Source of the DNA: Octopus bimaculoides
Lineage: Eukaryota
NCBI RefSeq assembly: GCF_001194135.2
Contig: NC_068995.1
Coordinates: forward strand, 15,861,821 to 15,905,121
DNA: 43,301 bases
Direction: 5' to 3'
Shown: positions 1 through 9,365 of the stretch, piece by piece
Position numbering within the stretch: the stretch's first letter is position 1
How the letters are laid out: every line of letters starts with the position of its first letter
The notes under the pieces: model-generated
The model's input: only the letters and a program-made list of their open reading frames with translations
What the model was told of the DNA's origin: nothing
The model's database searches: none
Program-made: the position numbers and the translations under genes

Positions 1-160
1 ATATACATATATATATATATATATATATATGTACATATCTATATTTACACTTTTTTATATATGAGTATAACATGCATATATCTCTATGCTTGCTTATATA
101 TAATTTCACACACATATATGCACACATATAAAGCAAGCACACACACACACACACATATTA

Positions 161-371
161 TATTGTGTCTAGGAAGAGTCATTCTCTTTTAACACACTCA
201 CCGGTTCGATCTCACTCAAATTCTTCTGAGTCTTGCAACTTTTTTCAATATTGAAAAGGTCGCAAGACGCAACGAAAATTTTGGAAAAAATAAAAAGTGT
301 GTGGAAATCGAACCAATAAGTATGTGAAATAATTAGGCACTAAAAGAGAAGGGCTCTCCCCAGAAACAATA
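161..371. mobile_element. Foldback/MITE-like palindromic element
   Basis: Left arm tattgtgtct...ttttcaat and right arm attgaaaag...cagaaacaata are imperfect inverted repeats around the centre ttcaatattgaa. The same family occurs at 12157-12290, 14580-14682 and 14762-14878. Confidence 0.7.
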
Positions 372-454
372 AATATGCTTCAACATACGAATTCACGTAA
401 AGAATATTGCAAACCAAATACAAAAACGAAACATATATATATATCTGTCATACC

Positions 455-494
455 GGCCATGACGAAGGGAAATAGCCCTGAAACTCGAGTCGCC
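455..494 (+). ncRNA. Degenerate minimal type I hammerhead ribozyme (Penelope-associated type)
   Basis: GGC-C[A]TGACGA-AGGG(AAATAG)CCCT-GAAA-CTCGAG-TC-GCC: stem I GGC/GCC, stem II AGGG/CCCT, palindromic loopless stem III, GUC cleavage triplet; one extra A in the core. Confidence 0.6.
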
Positions 495-1508
495 TTTATA
501 TATGTATATTTATATATTTGATCCTTTATATTGAACACTCAATATTACATCTACATTCAATACTTTATTCCATGGTGCCATCCATTTTTATTTTATTTTA
601 TTTCATATTATATATTGTATATTATATTATATATTGTATATTCCATATTCTATACCCCACATTGGTTCTGCAGGAATATAAATAAAACATTAANNNNNNN
701 NNNGACAACGGAACGAACACATAGGAAAACGGAAAGCCACTTGGAATATTCCTTCATCAGCTGTCTCTATTCTAACCTGACGTTTCGAAGATAAGACAGA
801 ACGTACTCTAGAATAGTCTCTTCCTGAGTAGTGGATCAACCCACTACACAGAGGATTCCAAGGTGGCAAACACAAACCAAGACAGGAAAAATTGGACAGT
901 GAAAACAACATTCAAAAGCCGTACGGCCAAACGCGAATCTGAGGTAGAACGCTAGTAGTTTGTCTTGCCTTCACAGCGGCTGGAGTGAAAAGAAAGCTAT
1001 ATATATATACATATTACATGCATACACACATACATACATATACTATATATGTGTATGTAAATATGTGTATATAAGTGTGCGCGCCCGTGTGATAAAAGAT
1101 ATGAGTATGTTTATGGTGCTGAATAAACGATAGACTAACCTTTGCATTCATTAGATAAAACAAGAGCAAGATGCTAAGATACAACTTCATCATTAGCTTC
1201 TTCAGTGGTTCTATATCAGGCTACCGAAAGGAAAAAATAAAGTTGAACTGATATTTGTTGTCATTCCAGTAGGCTTTATATACTAAAGCGTAACACATTT
1301 ATTTCAGTGAGGACATATACACATATATGCATATATTTACAATCATACGAATAGCCATACACACACACACACACACATGCAAGCACGCACACACACGAAC
1401 ATTTATATNNNNNNNNNNNNNNNNNNNNNNNNNNNNNNNNNNNNNNNNNNNNNNNNNNNNNNNNNNNNNNNNNNNNNNNNNNNNNNNNNNNNNNNNNNNN
1501 NNNNNNNN

Positions 1509-1541
<33 letters not shown>

Positions 1542-1920
1542 CGCACACAAACACACACATATGCAGAGAACATATACACAGACGCATCTAGACGCACATG
1601 CAATCAGCCAGGCAAATCGTCACCGGATACTAGACACCGCCGCAGACACTGCGGCGCACATATTTCTACCCCACATTTACCATGATATATGTACTCACAC
1701 ACACACACACACACACACACTGAAAAGGGTCTAATGATGTTGTCATGACAAAAAGCCTCACAGATCCGGGTGCAGTTTAAAATTACTAATCCTTTTAGAA
1801 TTAGGCCACTTTTCAGGTTTCCTTTCGTTATTTTATATGTTTTTTTTTTAAATTTAAGTCTTCCATCACGTGTGTTAACATTGCAACAGAGCCACAAGAA
1901 TAGCTTGTGAGAGGTGGAGA

Positions 1921-2093
1921 TGAGTCAATTACATCGACTCCAATGTTCAACTGGTACTTACTTTATCGATCCCGAAAGGATGAAAGGCAAAAATCAACTT
2001 GGACGGAATTTGAACTCAGAAAGTAGCGACGGACGAAATATCACTAAGCATTTCGTCCAGCGTGCTAACGTTTCTGCCAGCTCACCGCCCTTA
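1921..2093 (-). mobile_element. tRNA-derived SINE, family 1
   Basis: Minus strand GAGCTGGCAGAA (A-box-like) and GAGTTCAAATTCC (B-box-like); related partial copy at 2270-2400. Confidence 0.75.
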
Positions 2094-2146
2094 CGATGTT
2101 AATGATACAGTTGATGATGAGGATAGAAGGAGGTCAAGGATGAAGA

Positions 2147-2223
<77 letters not shown>
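2147..2223. repeat. (CTA)n microsatellite, representative of dozens of CA, TA, TACA, TAA, AG and ATCT arrays
   Basis: Direct reading. Most N gaps are bordered by such arrays. Confidence 0.95.
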
Positions 2224-4767
2224 GAGGTAATGACATCCTTTTCTTTGCTAGTCACAAAGGCCCAAAACTTGATAATAATCCTTTCTATTATAGGCACAAG
2301 GCCTAAAATTTGCGAGTAGGGGGTAAGTCGATTACATGAACCTCGGTGCATAACTGATACTTATTTAGTCGACCCCAAAAGGATGAAGGGCAAAGCGACC
2401 ATTTTTATCTATTCACAAGTGCTACATGTAATTCCACCATGATGTATTATCCTCTTGTGCAGCCCTTGTGGCCAAAAAGGAAGAAATCATTATTATTATA
2501 TCAATATTCGTACAACAGTTTAGACTCTTGGAGAAAAACCTCCTACCATAAGGATACAACGCGTAACCTTATGGTATTGGGCCATGATTTATATCTTCTT
2601 TCCCTCCTTCGTCTGTACCATAATTGATTTCCAGCTCTAGAACACACTCAGCAGTTAGATTCATATATCGTTAACTTTAACTTTAAAAATTTGCTTACCG
2701 AAATTAAACGGTTAGCCACGAGTTGACTGTGTTTAAATAACGCCTGAAGAACCTGCCAATTCATGTAATGTATGATGCAATCTGTTAAGACTACATTAAA
2801 TAAAGAACACTAGCGAGACAATAGTCGCAAATTTAAACTCCCTTCATTTGTTGTTTACTGTACTTGCGTCACATGAAGATTCCCGCAAAGTTATGCCAGA
2901 TACGATTAGAATTTACAAAGCAGAGAGCAGAAGAAATTCTGGAAAGAGTTCTCTCCAACTCCATAGCAACTCTGCCAATTCAATGACATAGATATTGATT
3001 AAATAGCCATTAAGAAATAGTTATTAAATAACTATTAATATTGGTTTTTAACCCTGTGAGAGTTGGGTGTAGTTGAATATATCAACAAAATGTACATTGG
3101 TACCATTTAAGCCCTGAGCATAAAAAGCTGTTTGCAGAAACACGCTATCGTATCGTTTCTTCTGCTTCGATGTACTGTAATTAACCGATAGTATTGCTGC
3201 CGCCAGTTGGGCTGAGCTTTGCTAGACTAGTTAGAGCGGTGGATAATATATCTGCTGACATTTGCTCAGCTACTTTACGATTTGAGTTCAAGTCGCAATA
3301 ACTTTGGCCTTTCTTTTCCCTGAAGTCGATGGAATAAATGCTACTGAAGCCATAGGGGTGACAGATGTTATTGATTATATTCCTTTTCCCAAGTATTCTT
3401 TTATACGTTTCAGTCCTTAGGTTGTGGCTATGCTGGAGCACCACCACGTTTCTTACTTATCGTATAAAATCAACAATTCAATAACGACTAACATATCACT
3501 TTCATAGCTGCGTTCCTCAATCTCGTTCCTTTGACGTCACTATTGAAAGAGGGTTTGATATGCCTATTTCTCCGTAACATTTCCTGCATTCCATGTATGA
3601 AACTATATCTGCGATACATGTAACTGTTCCTCTTTTTGAACTCTGTTCGTCGCCTTCACACCTGTTACTTGGTTCTTGGTTACATTCAGCAGAATTCGCT
3701 GTGGGCCAGTTCCCTGATTCGAGATAAATTCGTCTCTTCCTCCAACAAGCCTTGAACACAGTAAACGAAGGTTCATAGACACTGTTTTTCTATCCATGAC
3801 GAATTAATAATATTCGGAATTACTCGATCAAAGGTCTATTTTAGAGATGAGTTCTTTGGTTTCCTTTCATGAACACCATTCTAATAAACATTCCTTGCAT
3901 CCTTTCAACGAAGCTATTTCTGCTGCGCTTATTAGTGTCAATATATTAGAAGTCAAAAGTTATCGATCTCAAAGATGAATTTGTTTGGTCTAGTTTCTTT
4001 CTTACCCCCATGCAAGAATTCATAAGAAATATAGATAATCAAATCCCACCGTGGTTAAATTTACCATTCATCTTTTCGAAGCCGATAAAATAAAGCACAA
4101 GTCAGGTTACTAAAGTCGATATAACAAGAATTACTCTTATTTTTCTGTTTTTCTGTCGACAATTTTCCATTATTTCTTCTGCTTCGTAAGTGATCTGTGC
4201 CTCTTAATGAAACATATTTTCATTTAGGTAGCTATGGAACTTGGTACCTATGTGTCTTTTTTACAGAAAAATCCATAAATATACAAATTGTAAACATGGA
4301 TCTCTAAAATGCACAATGATCATAAAATCGGTAAAAATATATCTCCTTAAGCAAAAAATATTTATTTGGGTGAATGTTCCAGTCACACATACGTATACAA
4401 TTGATGCTCCTTAGAACTATGAAATATTGATGAAATAAATGTAAATTTATGTGATTTAGTTTAAACCAAGCTTATCAATGTCAATCTTCCAGCATGGGAT
4501 CAGAGTATTCATTAAACCTGGTTTAAGTTGCAGGACTGTGTGAACAGATCGCTTGTATTGTTTTCTCGGTGCCGTAATTTTTAACCTTGCTTCGGTTTTA
4601 TCTTTTGAAGTTTTGTGTTCCTTCATGAGGTGACCCTTCATTGGAATGAAACGGCCTAAAATAATAAAAGAAATATATTTCAATACATTCAGATAGTTTA
4701 TCAAAACGAAATAGATCAAATAAAGAATTATAGTCATAAAAATCGATAGACAAGATAAGATAAGAGG

Positions 4768-4786
4768 AGGGTTTGAATAATTCACA
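4768..4786 (-). pseudogene. ITIH: Inactivated stub of the last exon in copy A
   Basis: Acceptor reads ACAAAT instead of ACAAAG. Homology stops after GTGAATTATTCAAACCC and jumps to sequence matching about 20490, so copy A lacks the equivalent of about 20495-23218. Confidence 0.6.
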
Positions 4787-5065
4787 TTTGTAAAGAGAAG
4801 TGTTTCGTTCAACATACTTAAACAACCCTTTCTTACGGACCTATTGAGTGGGATGGGATACTCGTCCTGAAGAAAACTCTAACTTGGCCCCACCTGCAAG
4901 CTCGTGCGCTGTTTATCTTGGTATGAGAACGCTATGTCGGGCACATATGGTTGTGATGTATGTACCTGGTGTACTCTTAATAGACAGGTAGTCATGATAA
5001 ATATACTGGACTTCGTATATTTGTACCCAATGTCACTTTGATGACACACACAGGTCTCTTCCTTA

Positions 5066-5132
<67 letters not shown>

Positions 5133-5151
5133 AAAATACAAAGCAACTCAC

Positions 5152-5511
5152 CAATAACTCCAGATACTTTTGGAGAGAATCCTTTGTCGTCCATGAGAAA
5201 GAAATCTAAATAACCATATTTAGGGCCCATACGTGCGTGTAAGTTCCGTCTGATAAGAAACGTTAAACCAGGATTAATTTCTATTTCCACAAGCGTTCCT
5301 TTTCCATTCACTTCGCAAGATGCTCCAGCAAAGGCGATATCTGCTTCATGCTTCCAAATAAGGCGTTTACCGTCGAATACTATCTGGTGCGTTGCTATCA
5401 TTATTTCTACATCGGCAGTTTTAATATAAACTTTACCGATGTATGTCCTGTTTGGACGACCGGGTTTATAACTTCCTGTACCTTCTAATATTTTCGCTGT
5501 CACATTGATTT
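5152..5511 (-). CDS. ITIH: ITI_HC_C core exon, duplicate (copy A)
   Basis: Acceptor ctcactacag|AA, donor ATTG|GTGAGT, 360 nt, open; about 10 substitutions versus 23594-23953, mostly synonymous or conservative. Confidence 0.75.
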
Positions 5512-5580
5512 CTGTAGTGAGAAAAACATAAAATACTTATATCAGCAATAATAATAATAATAATAATATTAACAAAAGTG

Positions 5581-5664
5581 AAAAATACATAGCAATTCAC
5601 CAATAACTCCAGATTCTTTTCGTCGTTCATGAGGAAGATATATAAATATTCATATTTAGGGACC
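5581..5664 (-). pseudogene. ITIH: Decayed 3' end of an additional ITI_HC_C exon copy
   Basis: aaaaatacatagcaattcaccaataactccagat...catatttagggacc aligns with 5132-5228 including the donor region (GTGAAT versus GTGAGT), with a deletion of about 14 nt. Confidence 0.7.
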
Positions 5665-5879
5665 TGATCCAGTAGCAGGCATTGGTACCCATCGCTTGTC
5701 ATCTTAACTGATTCGAAGTGTTATGTACATTGCTTTGTCTTGGTATAAAAGATGGGCTACAGCACATATTTTGCTCAATACCATCGATTTGCTTGTCAGT
5801 AGGTTGACCAGTTGAGCATGTCCCTTACCGGCTGACAATAAGTGTGCCTCTGATTACGAGCAGACGTAATGGCAGAGCA

Positions 5880-5926
5880 TCATAGCCATATGTTGATAGG
5901 AGTTATTTGGGGTTTGAATAATTCAC
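5880..5926 (-). pseudogene. ITIH: Displaced, diverged copy of the candidate last exon (GELFKPQITPINIWL*)
   Basis: Acceptor tttaaatacag|GT; same length and stop position as 23189-23235; downstream 5690-5880 resembles 22975-23190. Only 44 nt from the microexon donor. Confidence 0.45.
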
Positions 5927-5970
5927 CTGTATTTAAAAAGTATTTAGAATGAACGTATTGTGGTCATTAC

Positions 5971-5994
5971 CTGCACTAGGAGCGTGCCGTGTTA
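5971..5994 (-). CDS. ITIH: 24-nt microexon (copy A)
   Basis: Acceptor ctctgttgacag, donor CAG|GTAATG, phase 1 to 1, (x)TRHAPSA(G); homologous to 26531-26554. Confidence 0.55.
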
Positions 5995-7015
5995 CTGTCA
6001 ACAGAGAATAAAACATCGGAACATTAATGTTATCATTATATATATATATATATATNNNNNNNNNNNNNNNNNNNNNNNNNNNNNNNNNNNNNNNNNNNNN
6101 NNNNNNNNNNNNNNNNNNNNNNNNNNNNNNNNNNNNNNNNNNNNNNNNNNNNNNNNNNNNNNNNNNNNNNNNNNNNNNNNNNNNNNNNNNNNNNNNNNNN
6201 NNNNNNNNNNNNNNNNNNNNNNNNNNNNNNNNNNNNNNNNNNNNNNNNNNNNNNNNNNNNNNNNNNNNNNNNNNNNNNNNNNNNNNNNNNNNNNNNNNNN
6301 NNNNNNNNNNNNNNNNNNNNNNNNNNNNNNNNNNNNNNNNNNNNNNNNNNNNNNNNNNNNNNNNNNNNNNNNNNNNNNNNNNNNNNNNNNNNNNNNNNNN
6401 NNNNNNNNNNNNNNNNNNNNNNNNNNNNNNNNNNNNNNNNNNNNNNNNNNNNNNNNNNNNNNNNNNNNNNNNNNNNNNNATATATATATATATATATATA
6501 TATAAGTCTATATATATTTCTATGATGAGTGTATATGAACAAAAGTATATCTATATAATATTTATATTACTAATGTCTCATGGCTTCGAATTAATGCTGT
6601 TACCAACTGATTTCATGCTTAAAATGCATAGGAAAATTGAACAATCCTCAGACACAACTTCACATATATACCGAAGAAGACCATCGCAAAGAATTGTCTA
6701 TGCAAAATGCCAGCAATGCCCATACATGAAAGAGTGAATCAGCTGTTGGCTTCGCCCGGTTCCTTGTTCGCGGCTTCAATCATCACCTACAAAGCCTCCT
6801 ACTTGACTGGACATCGCGGTCTCAGATATATTGGGGCGCCATACACACATACATGCACACACGTACAGATGTGTGTATGAGTATGTTTTACACACGAGTA
6901 AGTACAAAAGGCAAAACAAGGTGGAAAAAAATTAAGTCTTTTTTTTATTATTTAAGCTCCAAAAACTGCTACTCAGAGTTTTACGTTTGCCTTCGTCGGG
7001 CAGCTCTGACACAAA

Positions 7016-7286
7016 ATGGATTAAAATTGTGATGGTACATGTAATATATTGTCTGATATAGTTCAATTTGACGAATAGGTATTTGAAGTTGTTTGGGTAT
7101 TTTCGATATTTTCAATACAATATATTTTAGTGTCCAATTTAAACACTCGCGACCAGGCAAACCGTTAGTGAATACAAGACCCTTCGTGATTTAAAAATAT
7201 ATTACCCAATCAAATTCAAATACGTATTCGTCAAATTGGAATATATCAAATCATATATTCCATGTACCATCATAATTTTGTTCCAT
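7016..7286. repeat. 86-nt inverted repeat with 99-nt spacer (duplicate at 27627-27897)
   Basis: 7016-7101 ATGGATTAAAATTGTGATGGTACATG... matches the reverse complement of 7201-7286 at about 73 of 86 positions. Confidence 0.85.
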
Positions 7287-7293
7287 ATCATAA
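7202..7293 (-). CDS. Candidate alternative last exon (copy A), MIWNKIMMVHGIYDLIYSNLTNTYLNLIG*
   Basis: Acceptor ttcccgttcgtctctcag; in phase with the donor at 8620; TAA at 7202-7204; AATAAA on the minus strand at 6944-6949 followed by a U-rich tract. Confidence 0.35.
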
Positions 7294-7395
7294 CTGAGAG
7301 ACGAACGGGAACAGGAAACACCGAGCCGCATCTTTCTTTTGATGTTTTTGCAGCTTTAATAACAACAACTACAATAATAATAATAATAATAATAA

Positions 7396-7426
<31 letters not shown>

Positions 7427-7477
7427 AAGAAAAAGAAGAAGAAGAAGAAGAAGGAGAGGAGAAGATGGGCTATAGCA

Positions 7478-7888
7478 GAGAAACTTGTCTGTAAATAGAT
7501 GTGTCTGTCCCACAAGATCAAATTATCACATGAAAGGTGTACGAAAAGGTTTCCCACTACAAAGATCTACAAGTTGAATTTAAAGAAATGTGGAAGCTTA
7601 GTAATACTATAACACCAGTGGTAATTTTTGCGTTGGGAATGATAAAGAAAGGAGCTGAGAAGTATATTAAGCAACTCCCTGGTAACTCCAATCTCCGTGA
7701 ACTACAAAAGATAACCTTGATGGGTACAGGTCATATGCTAAGGAAAACACTCCCCATCTAAATTGCAATAAATGTTGTGATAATTTTAGAATGAGTACCA
7801 AAACAAAAGTGACCTTACTACTCTTGGCCCCCGGAGAATGCCCGGTGGTAAGGCAGTTGAAATAAAGTTACAATTGAAGAAAAACGTA

Positions 7889-7974
<86 letters not shown>
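7478..7974 (+). mobile_element. R4/Dong-like endonuclease 3' fragment with (TAA)n tail
   Basis: IDVSVPQD..EKVSHYKDLQVEFKEMWKL..PVVIFALGMI..ELQKITLMGTGHMLRKTL*; follows a TAA/GAA repeat. Duplicate at 28073-28455. Confidence 0.85.
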
Positions 7975-7976
<2 letters not shown>

Positions 7977-8350
7977 TAGCAAAATGTGGAATCTGAAGAC
8001 GAATAAATTAGCAAAATGTGGAATCTGAAGACGAAAACAATACCTATTGTCATAGGTGCCCTGGGAATGACAGCGAAACGGGCTGATTACTACCTAGCTC
8101 AGATACCAGGAAACCCCAAAATGGCTGAAGTTCAAAAAATAGTGCTCATGGGAGCAAACACATAATTTTCTTATGGTTTCTTAAACATTCACTTGAACAA
8201 AACTGTACAAATCCAAATATATGGTACCCTAGGCATAACACCTACATGAACTTCTAACTTGTTGTCTCTTGAGGTCTCTGGGTGAGACTTGGATCCAACT
8301 TGTAGAAATGCAAAACAAAAGTCAAACATAAAATAATAATAATAATAATA
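7975..8350 (+). mobile_element. Second R4/Dong-like 3' fragment inserted behind the first one's TAA tail
   Basis: MWNLKTKTIPIVIGALGM..IPGNPKMAEVQKIVLMG; 32-bp tandem duplication at its 5' junction; short TAA tail at 8332-8350. Confidence 0.8.
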
Positions 8351-8620
8351 ACAATACGACGGGCTTCCTCATGTTTTCCATCTAACAAATTCACTGACAC
8401 AGCATAGATGGGTTAGCAAATGTTTCAATCAGGTTCAAGGCATCTACTATTATCGGTTCTATCGATTAATTCTCTGTCATTCAAATTTATCACAAGCGTA
8501 TATGGTTGCAAAAAATATGGAACATTTAGAGCTGCATTCCTGTGTCCATAATTATAAACTTAGTGATTGCACTGTAAAGCTTGCAGACTGGATTTACTAT
8601 ACTGTAAGTATAATACTTAC

Positions 8621-8720
8621 TGCGTTTTTCAACAGGCTCATCTGCAATGACCTCATCAACATTTTCTTTCTTGTCTGGTTTTACGACAATCATCGACGTT
8701 ACCGGAGTCACAAACTTATA
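8621..8720 (-). CDS. ITIH: ITIH-like exon YKFVTPVTSMIVVKPD (copy A; only visible copy)
   Basis: Acceptor aattttag|TAT, donor CGCA|GTAAGT, 100 nt, phase 0 to 1. YKFVTPVTSMIVVKPD matches ITIH Y-x-FVTPLTSMVVxKP. The flank at 8785-8990 is homologous to 29640-29850, which places the copy B version inside the N gap 28755-29629. Confidence 0.85.
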
Positions 8721-8753
8721 CTAAAATTATAAGATGTACACTCAGAAAATTCG

Positions 8754-8783
<30 letters not shown>

Positions 8784-8786
<3 letters not shown>

Positions 8787-8990
8787 TATATATTAAAAAG
8801 TAAGTTGTCTGTGTGTCGTGTGAAACACTTCTACTTCTACAATTTTCAATCGAATTTCACCAAATTTGTCATGTGTTCTCTCTTTGACTTAAGACGCTTT
8901 TTCTTATAATTTTTCCCTCGAAATTCCGCGCCCCCAACATAAATAGACTGCTCTCAATTCGCCTAGGATTTGAACCCACCAGGTCTGTGC
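8784..8990 (+). mobile_element. Non-autonomous Helitron-like 5' terminus (also at 29630-29850)
   Basis: A|TCTTATATATTAAAAAG..gtctgtgtgtc..ttttcaatcgaatttcaccaaatttg; TC start after A, same layout as 30082. Present in both duplicate copies, so it predates the duplication. Confidence 0.5.
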
Positions 8991-9074
8991 AACGGTACGC
9001 GCACAAGTGAGGGGAAGTGAGCACGAAGAGAAGGCCAGGAAATATGCGAGAGGGGGAGCGAAAGAACGAAGAGG

Positions 9075-9365
9075 GGAATGATTGTTGTTTTTCTTCCTGG
9101 AGCCATACCTGGCTCATAAGGGCCGGTTTCATTGGCGTATAGGTTCCCCACCAGGACAGGATGCCGGTCCGTCGCAGGTGAGCTGTTAGATACAGGAGGA
9201 AAGCGTGAGAGGAAGTTGTGGCGAAACAGTCAGCAGTAATTCACCATTACCTTCTGCTGGAGCCGCATGGAGCTTAGGTGTTTCGTTCATAAACATACAC
9301 ATCACCCGGTCTGAGATTCGAACCCGCGAGTAAGCTACTCTAACCATTTGGCCCTGTGCCTCTAC
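9075..9365 (-). mobile_element. SINE family 4 (related copy at 28466-28754)
   Basis: Minus-strand B-box-like ggttcgaatctc; gaagttgtggcgaaa...ggagc..catggagctt shared with 28685-28754. Confidence 0.6.

Noticed and set aside
730-830. Minus-strand CTGATGA and GAAACGTC hammerhead-like words (also CTGAAGA near 20715-20721)
   Set aside because: The order and stems do not give a complete fold; at best these are heavily decayed remnants.
1276-1734. HT/CV/YI/poly-L/poly-I ORFs here and throughout, including all ORFs spanning N runs
   Set aside because: These are translations of microsatellites or of unknown bases, not coding evidence.
2510-2632. Minus-strand ILMVGGFSPRV resembling FLMDDKGFSPKV of the ITI_HC_C exon
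   Set aside because: Short match, wrong spacing to the AAATCAAT start, no splice sites; could be chance.
6640-6840. GC-richer intronic segment shared with 27240-27410 (ETA..QVGG) as a linker exon
   Set aside because: No acceptor found, and stops occur at different positions in each copy.
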